Of a stretch of 64,000 nucleotides of DNA, positions 46,928-56,833 are shown piece by piece (within the stretch, counting starts at the first letter, position 1; each line of letters begins with the position of its first letter). Under the pieces are notes generated by a model that had not been told where the DNA came from, did not search any database, and was given only the letters and a program-made list of their open reading frames with translations. The translations under genes and the position numbers were made by a program. The DNA is from a virus (taxonomy: Duplodnaviria; Caudoviricetes): IMG/VR virus record IMGVR_UViG_2600255093_000008, positions 1-64,000 of that record; one strand, written 5' to 3'.

Positions 46928-47536
46928 GTGAGTAATCGAGTTATGGACGTCGAACGGTTGCCCTTCAGGTGCCCGACGTGTCGTGAAACGCTCCTCGCTC
47001 CTGTGACTTTGGCGGGCGTCACACAGTCCTGCCCAAAGTGTCACCAGGTGGTCACATGGGAGGCTCCACCAGCACAGACGGGCCGAATCGCACGCCAACA
47101 ATCGCGTAACGTGGCCTTTGCTGCACTGGTAATTGTCACTATCGGCGTCCTCATGTTCCTGAAGGGCGGTCAGGAGCTAGATCGATTGCAGCAGCCGTCT
47201 GTAAATGCGATCGATGCCGATTGGAGGGCGTACAGAAACGAGGAGGCCGGGCTGCTTCGCAAGGTTACCTGGGGTGTGATTCTTGTCGCTGTCGGATGTG
47301 GTCTTTACTACTTTGTGGTTCCCGCCACGAGACTCAGAGAATCGCTTGAGTCGCTTCAGCCTGTGACCGGTCGCTCCAAAGAGGAGATCGCTGGCGTACT
47401 CGGTGCCCCTGGTGAGGTGGAGAGATCGACCGATGGGAGCGTCACCCGCGAAACCTGGCGAACACTCAGGTTCCGATTCACACTCGAATTCCACCAGGGC
47501 GTGTGCGCCGGACTTGTCCACACGCGAGAGGACTAG
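46928..47536 (+). CDS. Opposite-strand moron: Zn-ribbon + 2 TM + SmpA/BamE-like C-terminal domain
   Basis: FRCPTC...SCPKC, two TM segments, GRSKEEIAGVLGAP. Confidence 0.65.
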   Translation: MSNRVMDVERLPFRCPTCRETLLAPVTLAGVTQSCPKCHQVVTWEAPPAQTGRIARQQSRNVAFAALVIVTIGVLMFLKGGQELDRLQQPSVNAIDADWRAYRNEEAGLLRKVTWGVILVAVGCGLYYFVVPATRLRESLESLQPVTGRSKEEIAGVLGAPGEVERSTDGSVTRETWRTLRFRFTLEFHQGVCAGLVHTRED

Positions 47537-48520
47537 CTACGAGTTCCCGGGCTTGAACAGATCATCGAAAGGCGTGAGGGCGTAGGGCGTGGTGTCTGTT
47601 GTCACGTTGCGACGGTAGACGCGCCCGTACTTGCGGCCGGCATTAGGAGCGCCCACGGCTGGGTCGCGGTCGCGCTTTTCGTAACCGTTCCATCCGAACT
47701 TTCCAGGGCGATAGTCGAATACGAGCGTCGTATCAAAATAAAAATTCCCGTCGGCCCCCTGATACCAGGCAATCGGCTCCGCCGGTCCCTTGAACAACAG
47801 GGACTCTTTCTCAAAACTAAAGCCGCCCTTCTGCAACTGGAACATTCCGTGGTTCACGGTGAGGAGTTGTGAAGCCCATCGCTGCTCGGGTATTGCATCT
47901 ACGGGCCACTGGTGGAGTTTCAACAGGAACTCGACGGTGTAGTCTGGGGAGAATGCGGTTTCGTCAGGCACTATCGCGCGATCGGCCGCGGGCTGCCCTT
48001 CGCCCAGGGCCGAGGTGTCGTAAGTGAACCCATAACTGCTAATCCTCTTCTCGCGCGGACGGTACCTTCTTTGGAGAGAGGTGTACCGGTTCTTCTCGAT
48101 CCCATCGTAACTATTGGTCAAAGTGTCATCGCCGCGCACCCAGTACGGAGGGCGCGTGAATACCAATTCATAGATACACCAATCGCACTCAAACACGTTT
48201 TCATTAAACGGATCATGCGTAACCTCTCGTTTATCGTAACAACCGAAATCCACGATCCGGTAGCTCTCGCAGTACAAGGTCTCGTTAAACGGGCATTGAT
48301 GAGGAACCACCCGGTTAAGGATCGGCGATGTTCCATCCCATTCCGTGTACCCGACGATATCGCGGAGGAAGTCGTTGGAGTCGCTCCACGACACAAGGGC
48401 CTGCATCACCTCTTGGTTCGCGTCACGTGCGCCGCGGCCACTGTAACCGTCCATGAGCCACTGGAACGGGACGCCGGACGAGGTCTGCGCGGTGATGGTT
48501 GCTCGATCGGGACGGGCCAC
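47537..48520 (-). CDS. Tail protein downstream of TMP
   Basis: Position; homologous in motif order to the <1-876 ORF. Confidence 0.7.
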   Translation of the reverse strand: MARPDRATITAQTSSGVPFQWLMDGYSGRGARDANQEVMQALVSWSDSNDFLRDIVGYTEWDGTSPILNRVVPHQCPFNETLYCESYRIVDFGCYDKREVTHDPFNENVFECDWCIYELVFTRPPYWVRGDDTLTNSYDGIEKNRYTSLQRRYRPREKRISSYGFTYDTSALGEGQPAADRAIVPDETAFSPDYTVEFLLKLHQWPVDAIPEQRWASQLLTVNHGMFQLQKGGFSFEKESLLFKGPAEPIAWYQGADGNFYFDTTLVFDYRPGKFGWNGYEKRDRDPAVGAPNAGRKYGRVYRRNVTTDTTPYALTPFDDLFKPGNS

Positions 48521-48523
48521 GTG

Positions 48524-48964
48524 TTACGGCTCCTCGGGCTCTTCAGGTTCTTCCGGGGGGAAGGGGGATTCCACGTCGCGGACGTATCGCCCGTGTTCGC
48601 ACACGATCTCGACCCATCGCGCTTTTTGCTGGTCGTTGACGACCCGAACTGTGCTCACGATCGCGGACTCGATCTGGTCGAACTGGTCCAAGGCTCCGCG
48701 TTTGAGCCAGAACGAGACCTCGGCGCCCTCGGTGAACCCGAGCGCCTGGGGATAGTTGATGTCGTCCTCGGCAACGCGAATTGACGCCGAGCGAACCCGC
48801 TTGAACCGCGGCAACCCTTCGGTCCAACCCGCGCACCCGGCCGATCGGTGTTCACGCACGTCTTCTTCGATGTCCACCTCGTAAGTGGCGTTGTGCACCT
48901 TTGTGGGCACTTCTTCGTCACCGATCAACGTGGCCCAATACGCGCCGTGGCCGGAAATTTTCAC
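48524..48964 (-). CDS. Tail-tube paralogue downstream of TMP
   Basis: KISGHG...VHNA...AGWTEGLP...WLKRGA shared with 50983-51399. Confidence 0.7.
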   Translation of the reverse strand: MKISGHGAYWATLIGDEEVPTKVHNATYEVDIEEDVREHRSAGCAGWTEGLPRFKRVRSASIRVAEDDINYPQALGFTEGAEVSFWLKRGALDQFDQIESAIVSTVRVVNDQQKARWVEIVCEHGRYVRDVESPFPPEEPEEPEEP

Positions 48965-50268
48965 TGTTCACCGGGCCGTTTCAACTGTGGTGCGCTACGC
49001 TTCGTGTTTTCGGCCGCCGCTGCTTCGGACGCTGCAGCGATCCGCTCTAACAGGGGTACGATGTTCTCCGGCGCGCCAGTCAGCCGCTCTGCGTCCACCT
49101 TGGCAATTGCGCTCGCGATCCGATCGTAACCGCTACCGCCTTCGTCGTAACCGCCACCGGATAACGTGACCATGCGGTGCCCGTTTGGTGACGATCCAGG
49201 GGGGTGCTTCCGGTCCCAGTTTTTGCGCCCCTCTTGGATCGGGTTACCATCCTCCCACGGGGCTAGCTGGTAGTACGTGTCGGCCAAGCCCGCACCAAAC
49301 GCGACCATTGCGGAGCCGAGCTTGCTTTTCCCGGCAGCACGCGCCCTGCCGTAGTCCCCGCTGGTGGCAGCGTCACCAGCGCTGAGCGCCAGGCCGACAC
49401 CAGGAGCTGCCCGAGCTGCACGCCCAGCAGTCGCGCTCGCCCCGCTCCGAGCTGCTGACCCGGCTGCAGCTCCACCAACCGCAGTTCCGGCCGCAGTGCC
49501 CAATGCGCTACCGCCCGCGCTGGCGGCCGCACTACCGGCAAGCGACATGCCGCCAGTAAGAGCAGCCCGCCCCACGGCCCCGACGATTCCACCGCCCGCG
49601 ACAGCCTTCAGTGCGAGTCCCGCGGCGAGTGCGGTGCCACCGAGCATGACCACGTCTTGCCCCGTCGGGCCGAGCGTCTCCATGAACTGGCGCAACCCAC
49701 GAACCGCCTTGGTGGTCACGTCGATGAGCGGTTTGAACGCGCCGGCCATTTCGCGCGCGAGCATGTTCCATTCGGCCGACAGCCGGGCGCTCTCAACGGT
49801 CCCACTGAAGCCCTGGCGCACGAGTCCGGTGCCGGTAGCGACCGCGGCCGTGGCCCCATAGGTCGCGGCCCGACTCGCGGCCGCAATGCCGCCCTCGTTC
49901 CGGGCCAGGAACCCACCTACTCGGTTCCCGTACCGAGCGATTAGCTCCGTTTCGCGCCGCACTTTTTCGTACTGGCGCGCGAGCGTGGCCATCTCGCGGG
50001 CCTGACGCGCGTAGGTGCCGTTGGTGACGGCGTCGGTGAGTTGCTTGTTGCGCTGTGCGGCCTTCTCGACCGCGCCGGCGAAATCGCCGTAGAGTTGCTT
50101 CAGGCGTGCAACTTCATCGGCGCGCCGTTGGGCGGCTTTGGCCGCGGCTTCGTCGGCTTCTGCAGCCTTTATCTTGGCTTCGGCGAACTGTTCGATCGCC
50201 GCGGCGAACTGTGCGGTCCCGTCCGCCTGGGCGTCGAGGTCAAGGCTAATGGGAGCGGGATCGGCCAC
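48961..50268 (-). CDS. Tape measure protein (435 aa)
   Basis: Ala/Gly-rich helical protein after the chaperones. Confidence 0.8.
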   Translation of the reverse strand: MADPAPISLDLDAQADGTAQFAAAIEQFAEAKIKAAEADEAAAKAAQRRADEVARLKQLYGDFAGAVEKAAQRNKQLTDAVTNGTYARQAREMATLARQYEKVRRETELIARYGNRVGGFLARNEGGIAAASRAATYGATAAVATGTGLVRQGFSGTVESARLSAEWNMLAREMAGAFKPLIDVTTKAVRGLRQFMETLGPTGQDVVMLGGTALAAGLALKAVAGGGIVGAVGRAALTGGMSLAGSAAASAGGSALGTAAGTAVGGAAAGSAARSGASATAGRAARAAPGVGLALSAGDAATSGDYGRARAAGKSKLGSAMVAFGAGLADTYYQLAPWEDGNPIQEGRKNWDRKHPPGSSPNGHRMVTLSGGGYDEGGSGYDRIASAIAKVDAERLTGAPENIVPLLERIAAASEAAAAENTKRSAPQLKRPGEQ

Positions 50269-50581
50269 GTGGCACTTCCTTCATTAGCCAACCAGGTGCA
50301 ACTGGCGCAGCACCCACGGGTGCCAGTTTCTCGTGATTCAGCCGGTGCAGCTCCGCGACCGGATTAATTACCTGGTTCTGTTCCTCTTCTTCACGCGGTG
50401 AGAACAGGAACAGGATCTCGTGTGGGGTGCGATCGTCGAGCCACGACGGTGGGAGTTTGCGCTTCTCCCACAGCACCCGGAGCAGGTCGTCATACCCCTG
50501 AGCTTCGAGCTGGTGCGCGAGACTCAGGGGGTCAACGGGTTTGGGTTGGCGCCCTCCTGCACCTGTTGCATCTGGACCCAC
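50246..50581 (-). CDS. Tail assembly chaperone extension (-1 frame)
   Basis: Entered by frameshift at C CCA AAC, giving KPVDPLSLAHQL... Confidence 0.7.
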   Translation of the reverse strand: MGPDATGAGGRQPKPVDPLSLAHQLEAQGYDDLLRVLWEKRKLPPSWLDDRTPHEILFLFSPREEEEQNQVINPVAELHRLNHEKLAPVGAAPVAPGWLMKEVPRGRSRSH

Positions 50582-50970
50582 ACGTCATCCACGTTCACGT
50601 CGGTGATGATCGCGCGCAACCCATCGAACGTGAGGCCCGGGGTCGCCTTCCGCCCGCGGTGGAATAGCTCGATCGCGACCCCGGTTGGCGATTCCCGGAA
50701 CTCGAACAACTGGTCCTCACTCACGGTCGGGCCGATCGCGGCCAATTCGGTGATGCGCTCGACCGCTTTGAAGTAAGCGGCGGGCGTGGCCTTCATCGCG
50801 TTCAGTAGCTTCGCGCAGCGGGTGAAGTAGTCCCCGGCTGCGTCCGCTGCGGCCTTGATGAGCACACGCCGGAGGGCGCGTTCCTCGACCATTTTGAGGG
50901 GCGTTACGGTGACGAGCAGGTCACCGACCCGCACTGCACCCACTGCACCTACCGCGTTATCCGCACTCAT
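50524..50970 (-). CDS. Tail assembly chaperone
   Basis: Between the tail tube gene and TMP. Confidence 0.75.
   Translation of the reverse strand: MSADNAVGAVGAVRVGDLLVTVTPLKMVEERALRRVLIKAAADAAGDYFTRCAKLLNAMKATPAAYFKAVERITELAAIGPTVSEDQLFEFRESPTGVAIELFHRGRKATPGLTFDGLRAIITDVNVDDVWVQMQQVQEGANPNPLTP
50539..50545 (-). promoter_or_regulatory. -1 programmed frameshift heptamer C CCA AAC
   Basis: X XXY YYZ pattern 5 codons before the stop; the -1 frame continues into the 50246 ORF. Confidence 0.75.
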
Positions 50971-50982
50971 TCGCGCTCTCTG

Positions 50983-51399
50983 TTAGGGGATGTCGGGCGC
51001 AACCGTGTTTCGGCTCAGGACACCGTACTCGGTCGTGATGGTGATCCGACGCGCTCCGGTCTGGGGGTTGGACGTGCGGACGTTTCGCACGATCGTGTTT
51101 GTGACCACGTCGCCCGTGGCCGCGGCCCCGCGCTTGCACCACAGGGTGACAACGGCGTTCTCTGTGATGCCCACCGCCAACGCGAAGCTCGCCGCGTCGC
51201 TGTCCACGACCTCGATTGTGACGCCGTTGACCTTGTTGAGAATGGGCAGCCCTTCGGCCCATCCCGCGGAACTCGAATCGGTCACATCGTCACTGATCCC
51301 GTCCACGTCGATGTCGAACCGGGCGTTGTGGACGATTTGGTTGGGGCCGCTCTCGTTGATCTTGACGAGGAACCCACCGTGACCGGAGATTTTGCCCAT
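50983..51399 (-). CDS. Major tail tube protein (probable)
   Basis: DVTDSSSAGWAEGLP; position before the chaperones. Confidence 0.7.
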   Translation of the reverse strand: MGKISGHGGFLVKINESGPNQIVHNARFDIDVDGISDDVTDSSSAGWAEGLPILNKVNGVTIEVVDSDAASFALAVGITENAVVTLWCKRGAAATGDVVTNTIVRNVRTSNPQTGARRITITTEYGVLSRNTVAPDIP

Positions 51400-51403
51400 T
51401 TGG

Positions 51404-51919
51404 TTACCTCACGCCGATCACGCGAACCCAGCCCGACACGTCGGCAGCGCCGGGGTTCTTGATTCCGAGTACCTTGTGCGTGGCGTCCAACGCCCAACCG
51501 GTCGCGCGGTCGAACATCGCGAACCGGTCGCGCACCTGAACCCAGAAGTTCGCCGTGGCTGCCTGGAACCACAGTTGGGCCGCGTTGGTCAGCCCCTGCG
51601 GGCCGATCTGGAGTGACACGCCCGCGGCCGGTGCCGTCGTGATGATGATCTCGACGCCCTTCACGGCGGTAAACGCGAGGAGCTGATTCAGCACGTTGGT
51701 TTCGCCGCTGCCGCCCTTCAGGTCGATCGCGAGCGTGGCCCCGGCCGCGACGGTGAACGTCTTTTCGTACACGTCGTTCGCCTGGCCACTCCCGGTGCCG
51801 TCGCCGAGCTGGAACAGCCCGGCCGGTGTCGGCGCCGAGCCGAACCGGGACCGGTAGCGCAGTCCCCCGGACTCGAAGAGCACGCCGTCGGTCCACTGGA
51901 TGCGCGTCGCGAGTCCCAT
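51404..51919 (-). CDS. Virion structural protein
   Basis: TGATG-coupled in the neck/tail operon. Confidence 0.6.
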   Translation of the reverse strand: MGLATRIQWTDGVLFESGGLRYRSRFGSAPTPAGLFQLGDGTGSGQANDVYEKTFTVAAGATLAIDLKGGSGETNVLNQLLAFTAVKGVEIIITTAPAAGVSLQIGPQGLTNAAQLWFQAATANFWVQVRDRFAMFDRATGWALDATHKVLGIKNPGAADVSGWVRVIGVR

Positions 51920-52356
51920 CAGGGCACCAAGTTCCCTTCGATCAGCAACGACCACTGTGCCCCGGAAACGAACACGTCGCGAGCATTTCGCAACCGCGGG
52001 TCAAACCGGCCGTCGTACCCGCGGGGCAAACAGTGCATCACGCGCCCGTCTCGCAGCGCCGTCCAGGTGGTCGGGTTCTTGTTCAGCGCATCGGCCATTG
52101 CCAGTTGCGCCGCGTTCGGGTCCGTGGCTCCCTGGTCCGAGTACACCACCATGCGGATGGTGAACGCCTGCGTGTACGATCCGTCCGAGCTAAAATCCGG
52201 CGAGCCGTCTCGCTCGATGCCGAACACCGCGTAGGGAACCGCGTCCACTTCGCCGGGCCGATCGAGCCACGCCTTTCCCGGTACCGCCGTGGTGAATGCA
52301 CTCGACGCGACACAGCGAGCCACGATCGCGACGGCGATATCGTCGAAGGTCACCAT
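51919..52356 (-). CDS. Tail completion protein
   Basis: VPYAVF...FTIRMVVY; position. Confidence 0.6.
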   Translation of the reverse strand: MVTFDDIAVAIVARCVASSAFTTAVPGKAWLDRPGEVDAVPYAVFGIERDGSPDFSSDGSYTQAFTIRMVVYSDQGATDPNAAQLAMADALNKNPTTWTALRDGRVMHCLPRGYDGRFDPRLRNARDVFVSGAQWSLLIEGNLVP

Positions 52357-53012
52357 CAGGGCGTGATCCGTTCGAGAACGAGGCTCATTAACTCGTCGAT
52401 CCGCTCCGGCGAGCGCACTTCGAGCACGGTGTACGTCTGGCCGTCGGAGACGAACCGATCCTTTGCCCGCACGTCAACCTGTGTGCCGAGGTAGGTCGTG
52501 TAGCGTTTCGGCATCTGCCGACGGCCCTGAGCGTCGGTCGCACTGCTACTCTCTGGCTGCACCCGGCACGCGATCCCGCTCGCGACGTCTGAGTAGCTTC
52601 CAAGCGTTGGGCGCCCCGCCGCGTCCTGAGCGTTGGACGGGCGGGACAATGTGCCAGTGGATCGCAGATCGGCCGCGAGGATCAGGTTGCGGCACGTCAG
52701 ATTCCAGCACCGCGTAATTGTGCCAGCAACCGCGGTGAGTACGGTGTACGTCTGGCCGTCGGTCTCGCGCGTGACCGTGTCCCGTGGCTTCGCGCCGCCG
52801 AGATCCGCGAGCAACTCCGTGCGGATCGAGAAATTCACGTCGCCAGCCTGGTACACGCCACGACTCGCAGCAGCTTCTTTCAGCGTCACATACTCGAACG
52901 TGACGTCGGCCGCGTCCACGGACCGGTTGCCGGCGTTGCGGACCGACGTGAACGTGACGGCTTCGAGGTTGTCGAAGATGGCTTGGTCGCTGCTGAAGTC
53001 GAGGCTGTTCAC
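52356..53012 (-). CDS. Head-tail adaptor/closure protein (two domains)
   Basis: AKPRDTVT...YTVL and DAAGRP...IACRVQP...VRAKDRF...YTVLEV. Confidence 0.7.
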   Translation of the reverse strand: MNSLDFSSDQAIFDNLEAVTFTSVRNAGNRSVDAADVTFEYVTLKEAAASRGVYQAGDVNFSIRTELLADLGGAKPRDTVTRETDGQTYTVLTAVAGTITRCWNLTCRNLILAADLRSTGTLSRPSNAQDAAGRPTLGSYSDVASGIACRVQPESSSATDAQGRRQMPKRYTTYLGTQVDVRAKDRFVSDGQTYTVLEVRSPERIDELMSLVLERITP

Positions 53013-53015
53013 GGA

Positions 53016-53240
53016 TCAGCGCCCCACACTCACGACGTCGAAGATCGGTTTCGTTACCGGGGCAACGCCGGGAACCTTTTCCAGCTCCGCTCGCGCGTCC
53101 ATCAGGTTGCGGAACAGCTCGCCCCAGCTAACTGTGCGCCCCTTCTCGGAGTACGTGGGCTTCGGGTTCCTAGTGATCTCGGCAATCTGCGCGCAGATGT
53201 TCGAGTAGGACGCCTTCAGGTTGTCGAGATCGCTGGCCAT
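53016..53240 (-). CDS. Head-tail joining protein (gpW-like)
   Basis: PTYSEKGRTVSW. Confidence 0.6.
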   Translation of the reverse strand: MASDLDNLKASYSNICAQIAEITRNPKPTYSEKGRTVSWGELFRNLMDARAELEKVPGVAPVTKPIFDVVSVGR

Positions 53241-53288
53241 ACTCACCTTTCGCGGCCTGGAGCCTGATCGGAACACCACTTCGCGAGT

Positions 53289-53612
53289 CTATTCGTGCTG
53301 TTGGACTTCGGGCTGCTCCGGTAGCGACCAGATGCCCTGGGATTCCTTGAACGCATTCACCGCGGCTGTGAACGGGTCTTTGGCGTCGGCCGGGTACTCG
53401 ACCTCGACGGGCGCCCGCCCGCGCATCGTCACAGTAGCCGTTCGCACTGCGGCATTCGCAGCGCCCTCATCGCTATCCGTGTTGTCGTTGGCACCTTCGG
53501 TCGGCGTCGTGACAGCACCCGCCGATCCGTTGGCACCCTCACCGCCGGAGTTCGGCTGCCCTTCTTCGCCCGGCTTGGTCAGTTTGATTTTCGCCACCGC
53601 GAAGGCCCTCAA
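53289..53612 (-). CDS. Hypothetical head-region protein
   Basis: ORF downstream of the capsid gene. Confidence 0.5.
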   Translation of the reverse strand: MRAFAVAKIKLTKPGEEGQPNSGGEGANGSAGAVTTPTEGANDNTDSDEGAANAAVRTATVTMRGRAPVEVEYPADAKDPFTAAVNAFKESQGIWSLPEQPEVQQHE

Positions 53613-53685
53613 TTCGATGTTCGGGATAGCCCCGTGACTTGTGACCGGTCACGGGGCGATTTATATATCAAATATTCAAACAATT

Positions 53686-55083
53686 CTACGACACTTTCCA
53701 CCGCTGAATCGCCCACGGGCTGAGTACCTGGACCTGCACCGCGATGTTCGCGACCGATCCGAAGATCAGGTTCTGATCGGCCATCACGAAACCGTTCGGG
53801 TTGATCTCGGTAACGTTCACGTCCCAGCCCATGCGCCGGCACGCGAACCGTTCCGGGTCCAGACGATACGCGCGGTTACCGGTCCCCCCGACGCCCGCCG
53901 TCAGGCCCAGGCCGGGACTCAGTTCCGGATCGGTCTGAGTCGTGCTCGCGATGTGGCGGTTGTAGAGCCACTGCGAGACGCGGACGTTCTTAAAGATCCC
54001 GGCGAACGGGTTCGGTGCATTAGCCCATCCGGTCGGGAACGTGCTGCCCGCGATCTGCGAGGCCGGGGCCGCGGGCTGGCTCCCGAGTGCGATGTTCTGG
54101 ATCGTGTTGAGGTAAGTCGCGAACCACTGGATGGAGCTGGGCAGGAGCATCGTGGTGAGCCGGTCCGCCATCGGCATCGGCAGGCCGGTGACGGGGTGCC
54201 TGTAACCCAACAGTGCAACCTGACTGGTGTTGAACACCGTCATCGGGTCGCTGGAGATCGGGTTAACTATGTCGTTGCCGAGTGTGGCGGTTTGCCCCGG
54301 ACCCGCGGGAACCGTAGCGCCGTAGGTGTTGTACCCCGTCGCCGAAGCGTCCGCGGTCAGCCCCAACTTGAAGTTGTTGGTCTGGCCCACGATGGCATCG
54401 AGAGCGAGTTCGTTCTCTCGGTACTTCAGCCCCATGCCCAAATCCCGGGCCGAAGCCAGTACCTGCCCCCCGGTGATGTCCGTGACCGCGGTCTCCTTCG
54501 CCACAGTGATCTTGTGGCCGTACTTCGACATTGCTCCCGGCTCGACCCACATGGCGTCGAGCCGCACATCGGGGTGCGACTGACCGGGGCCGACCCTTGG
54601 GGCGGGGCGGCTCGGCCCGATGATGGCCGTGTACCGCTCGCCGCCCTGCCAGTAGACCATCGGCCGAATCGGGAACAGGTCGACCAGGTCGAAGTCCGCC
54701 GACTCGTACCCTTCGAGGATCGACCCCTTCACGAGTCCGCCAACGCTGGCGGTCCACGCGGACACGTTCATCAAGTGCGACGGCCCGATGGGAGCCGCGT
54801 TCTCTTCGGAAAACCACCGGCCCTCTGCGATGAGTCGGCGCCAGTTGTGGCCGATCAGCCCCTCGGTAATTGCTTCGAGCGGGAAATCGGCGACGGTACG
54901 CTTCCGCTCTTTGGCGAGCATCGGCGCCCCGTCCGGGCGCCGGTAGTGGTCGCCGGTCTTGGGATCGATCAGCCCGATCGCCTCGGTAATCACGCGCGCG
55001 ATGTACTTGTCCGGCCGCGGGTTCGAGGACTCGCAAACCTGCTTGTACTTGTCGCGGATCTTCTCGTACACGGCCTGGGACAT
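53686..55083 (-). CDS. Major capsid protein (Mu gpT-like)
   Basis: KYGHKITVAKET...D...LG...YRENELALDAI; position after protease and decoration genes. Confidence 0.8.
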   Translation of the reverse strand: MSQAVYEKIRDKYKQVCESSNPRPDKYIARVITEAIGLIDPKTGDHYRRPDGAPMLAKERKRTVADFPLEAITEGLIGHNWRRLIAEGRWFSEENAAPIGPSHLMNVSAWTASVGGLVKGSILEGYESADFDLVDLFPIRPMVYWQGGERYTAIIGPSRPAPRVGPGQSHPDVRLDAMWVEPGAMSKYGHKITVAKETAVTDITGGQVLASARDLGMGLKYRENELALDAIVGQTNNFKLGLTADASATGYNTYGATVPAGPGQTATLGNDIVNPISSDPMTVFNTSQVALLGYRHPVTGLPMPMADRLTTMLLPSSIQWFATYLNTIQNIALGSQPAAPASQIAGSTFPTGWANAPNPFAGIFKNVRVSQWLYNRHIASTTQTDPELSPGLGLTAGVGGTGNRAYRLDPERFACRRMGWDVNVTEINPNGFVMADQNLIFGSVANIAVQVQVLSPWAIQRWKVS

Positions 55084-55154
55084 TACGGACCTCGTGTGTG
55101 CGGTGATCTCTCGAAGGAACCCGGGGCCAACTCTGGCCCCGGGCGGAATGCGGG

Positions 55155-55664
55155 TTACGCCGGAGCCGTCGGCCCGCCGTACAGGAGCGGCAACAGCAGC
55201 TCGAAGAACAGGAAAGTTTGGCCCACGGGCGCGTCGCGAGTTACGCGCCCGAAGGCTTGGCCGATGGTCGCGGTGACGGCGACGGCCTGGTTGTCCACCA
55301 GGTTGGCAGAGGCTTGTTTTGCGAAGGTGACGAGCGCGCCCGGAGCCGCGGCCGAACCGAGTGCGGCACACGGGAAGCAGAACTCACCGGTCTTGAGAAT
55401 GTTGCCGTCGGCTTTCCCGCCGTCGGTCGCTTGCGCTGCGAGCCGGCGGGCCATCGACACGCCGCGGAGCAGGATGTTGAGCGCCCCAGCGGTGGTTGCG
55501 ATGTCCGTGTTCCACGTGTAGCTCGACACGGGCTTGTCATACCCGTCGGTGTCACGGAACACGAAATCGCCGGGGCTGACGGCAATCGAGGCCTTCCAGA
55601 TCGCGTCCCACTGCTCGGGTGCGCGACCCTGGCCCGTTTCGTTGTAAATGCCGCATGCTGGCAT
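55155..55664 (-). CDS. Capsid decoration/cement protein
   Basis: SIAVSPGDFVF, LRGVSM, VDNQAVAVT. Confidence 0.65.
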   Translation of the reverse strand: MPACGIYNETGQGRAPEQWDAIWKASIAVSPGDFVFRDTDGYDKPVSSYTWNTDIATTAGALNILLRGVSMARRLAAQATDGGKADGNILKTGEFCFPCAALGSAAAPGALVTFAKQASANLVDNQAVAVTATIGQAFGRVTRDAPVGQTFLFFELLLPLLYGGPTAPA

Positions 55665-55712
55665 CGCATTGTCCTCGGTACGGTGGTTGTCGGTGGCCGA
55701 TCCCGCGCGGGG

Positions 55713-56813
55713 TTACGAGTCCCAGGTGATGCGCCCGGGCGCGGCCCCGGTTGTCGTTTTGGACTCTTTGGTCTGCTGCCCTTTGTCTCGCGGTGTGCTG
55801 ATCGGCGTTTCGGCCCCACCGCCCGCAGACAGTCGCTTGTACGATTCGGCGATGACCTTGCGGCGATCGGGTTTAGCCGCGGCGATCGCTTCGAGATCGT
55901 CGGTGGAGTAGCCGGTGAACCCGACCGCCTTGCAAACGGCAATTGCTTCGAGGATCGCGGCGCCGTCCCGGGCCTTCTGCTTGCCTTCGGGTGTGGCTGG
56001 ATCTCCGTCGTCGTCCACCTTGTCGGGTTTGGTTGCGTCGGCAACCGCGTCGCCGTGGCTGTTGAGCAGGTTCTTGATCTTGGCGAGCGCGTCTTTGGGT
56101 TCCATGTCGCCGCTGAGGGCGTTGTCAATAACGGCCATGAGCGCAGTCTTGAACCCGGCGCTGATCGCCGCGTTGACGTCGTCGCTCTCGCCCGGCCCTG
56201 CGTCCATGTCCGTGGCGACGTCGGCCATGCCGTCCATCTCGGACAGGGCCTTGATCTTGAGCACCTGCTTCGTGGTGCTCTTGGGGTGTTTCGCGATCGA
56301 CTCGGCCAGTTGCTTGATTGTCAGCGGCACTTTTCGGCCCTCAAAGAGTCCCTTGGTAGTGGCCGGTTGTGCCACCAGATCGATTGATTCCACTTCGCGG
56401 ATCGCCTCAACTACCTCACGCCCGCCCGGTCCGCGGCGCGTATCGCACATTGCGACGTGCGAGAATCCGAACAGGGCGGGATTCTTCTCCGCGGCCTCCA
56501 TCACCCGCTCGTACATGGGGTGTTTGGTGAGGCAGTGGAGCGTGCCGCGGGGCTTGCCGTCGGCGTCGATCTTTACCCCTTTGAACCAGCCGAACACGCG
56601 GTCGACCGTGGCGTCACGGCCGTGATCGCAGTTGACGGGTTTCCCCTCGTACTTGCCAAAGTCGCGCTTGAACACGCTCACCGGGTAATCGCGCCCGTTG
56701 GCGCTGACCGTCCCGCAGATGAGCACGCCGCTGATAGTGCCCGCTTCCCGGTCGACTTTGGCGCCGGTGAAAGGTGCCGCAACGCGCTCGGTGATGCGTA
56801 CTGCGATCGTCAT
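55713..56813 (-). CDS. Prohead protease/scaffold
   Basis: SANGRDYP, VNCDH, FGFSH, ESIDLVAQPATTKGLFE. Confidence 0.85.
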   Translation of the reverse strand: MTIAVRITERVAAPFTGAKVDREAGTISGVLICGTVSANGRDYPVSVFKRDFGKYEGKPVNCDHGRDATVDRVFGWFKGVKIDADGKPRGTLHCLTKHPMYERVMEAAEKNPALFGFSHVAMCDTRRGPGGREVVEAIREVESIDLVAQPATTKGLFEGRKVPLTIKQLAESIAKHPKSTTKQVLKIKALSEMDGMADVATDMDAGPGESDDVNAAISAGFKTALMAVIDNALSGDMEPKDALAKIKNLLNSHGDAVADATKPDKVDDDGDPATPEGKQKARDGAAILEAIAVCKAVGFTGYSTDDLEAIAAAKPDRRKVIAESYKRLSAGGGAETPISTPRDKGQQTKESKTTTGAAPGRITWDS

Positions 56814-56829
56814 GACCGGCCAATGGCAC
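56814..56829 (-). promoter_or_regulatory. Late motif copy 4 (GTGCCATTGGCCGGTC-ATG)
   Basis: Abuts ATG 56813. Confidence 0.8.
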
Positions 56830-56833
56830 GGGG

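Noticed and set aside
43272-47536. Diversity-generating retroelement or invertase-based tail switching
   Set aside because: No reverse transcriptase, no TR/VR duplicated segments and no serine invertase or inverted crossover sites seen
39257-56387. Long plus-strand ORFs (39257-40510, 42084-43880, 53641-55521, 55218-56387)
   Set aside because: Antisense to well-supported structural genes in high-GC DNA; Arg-rich, non-protein-like sequences
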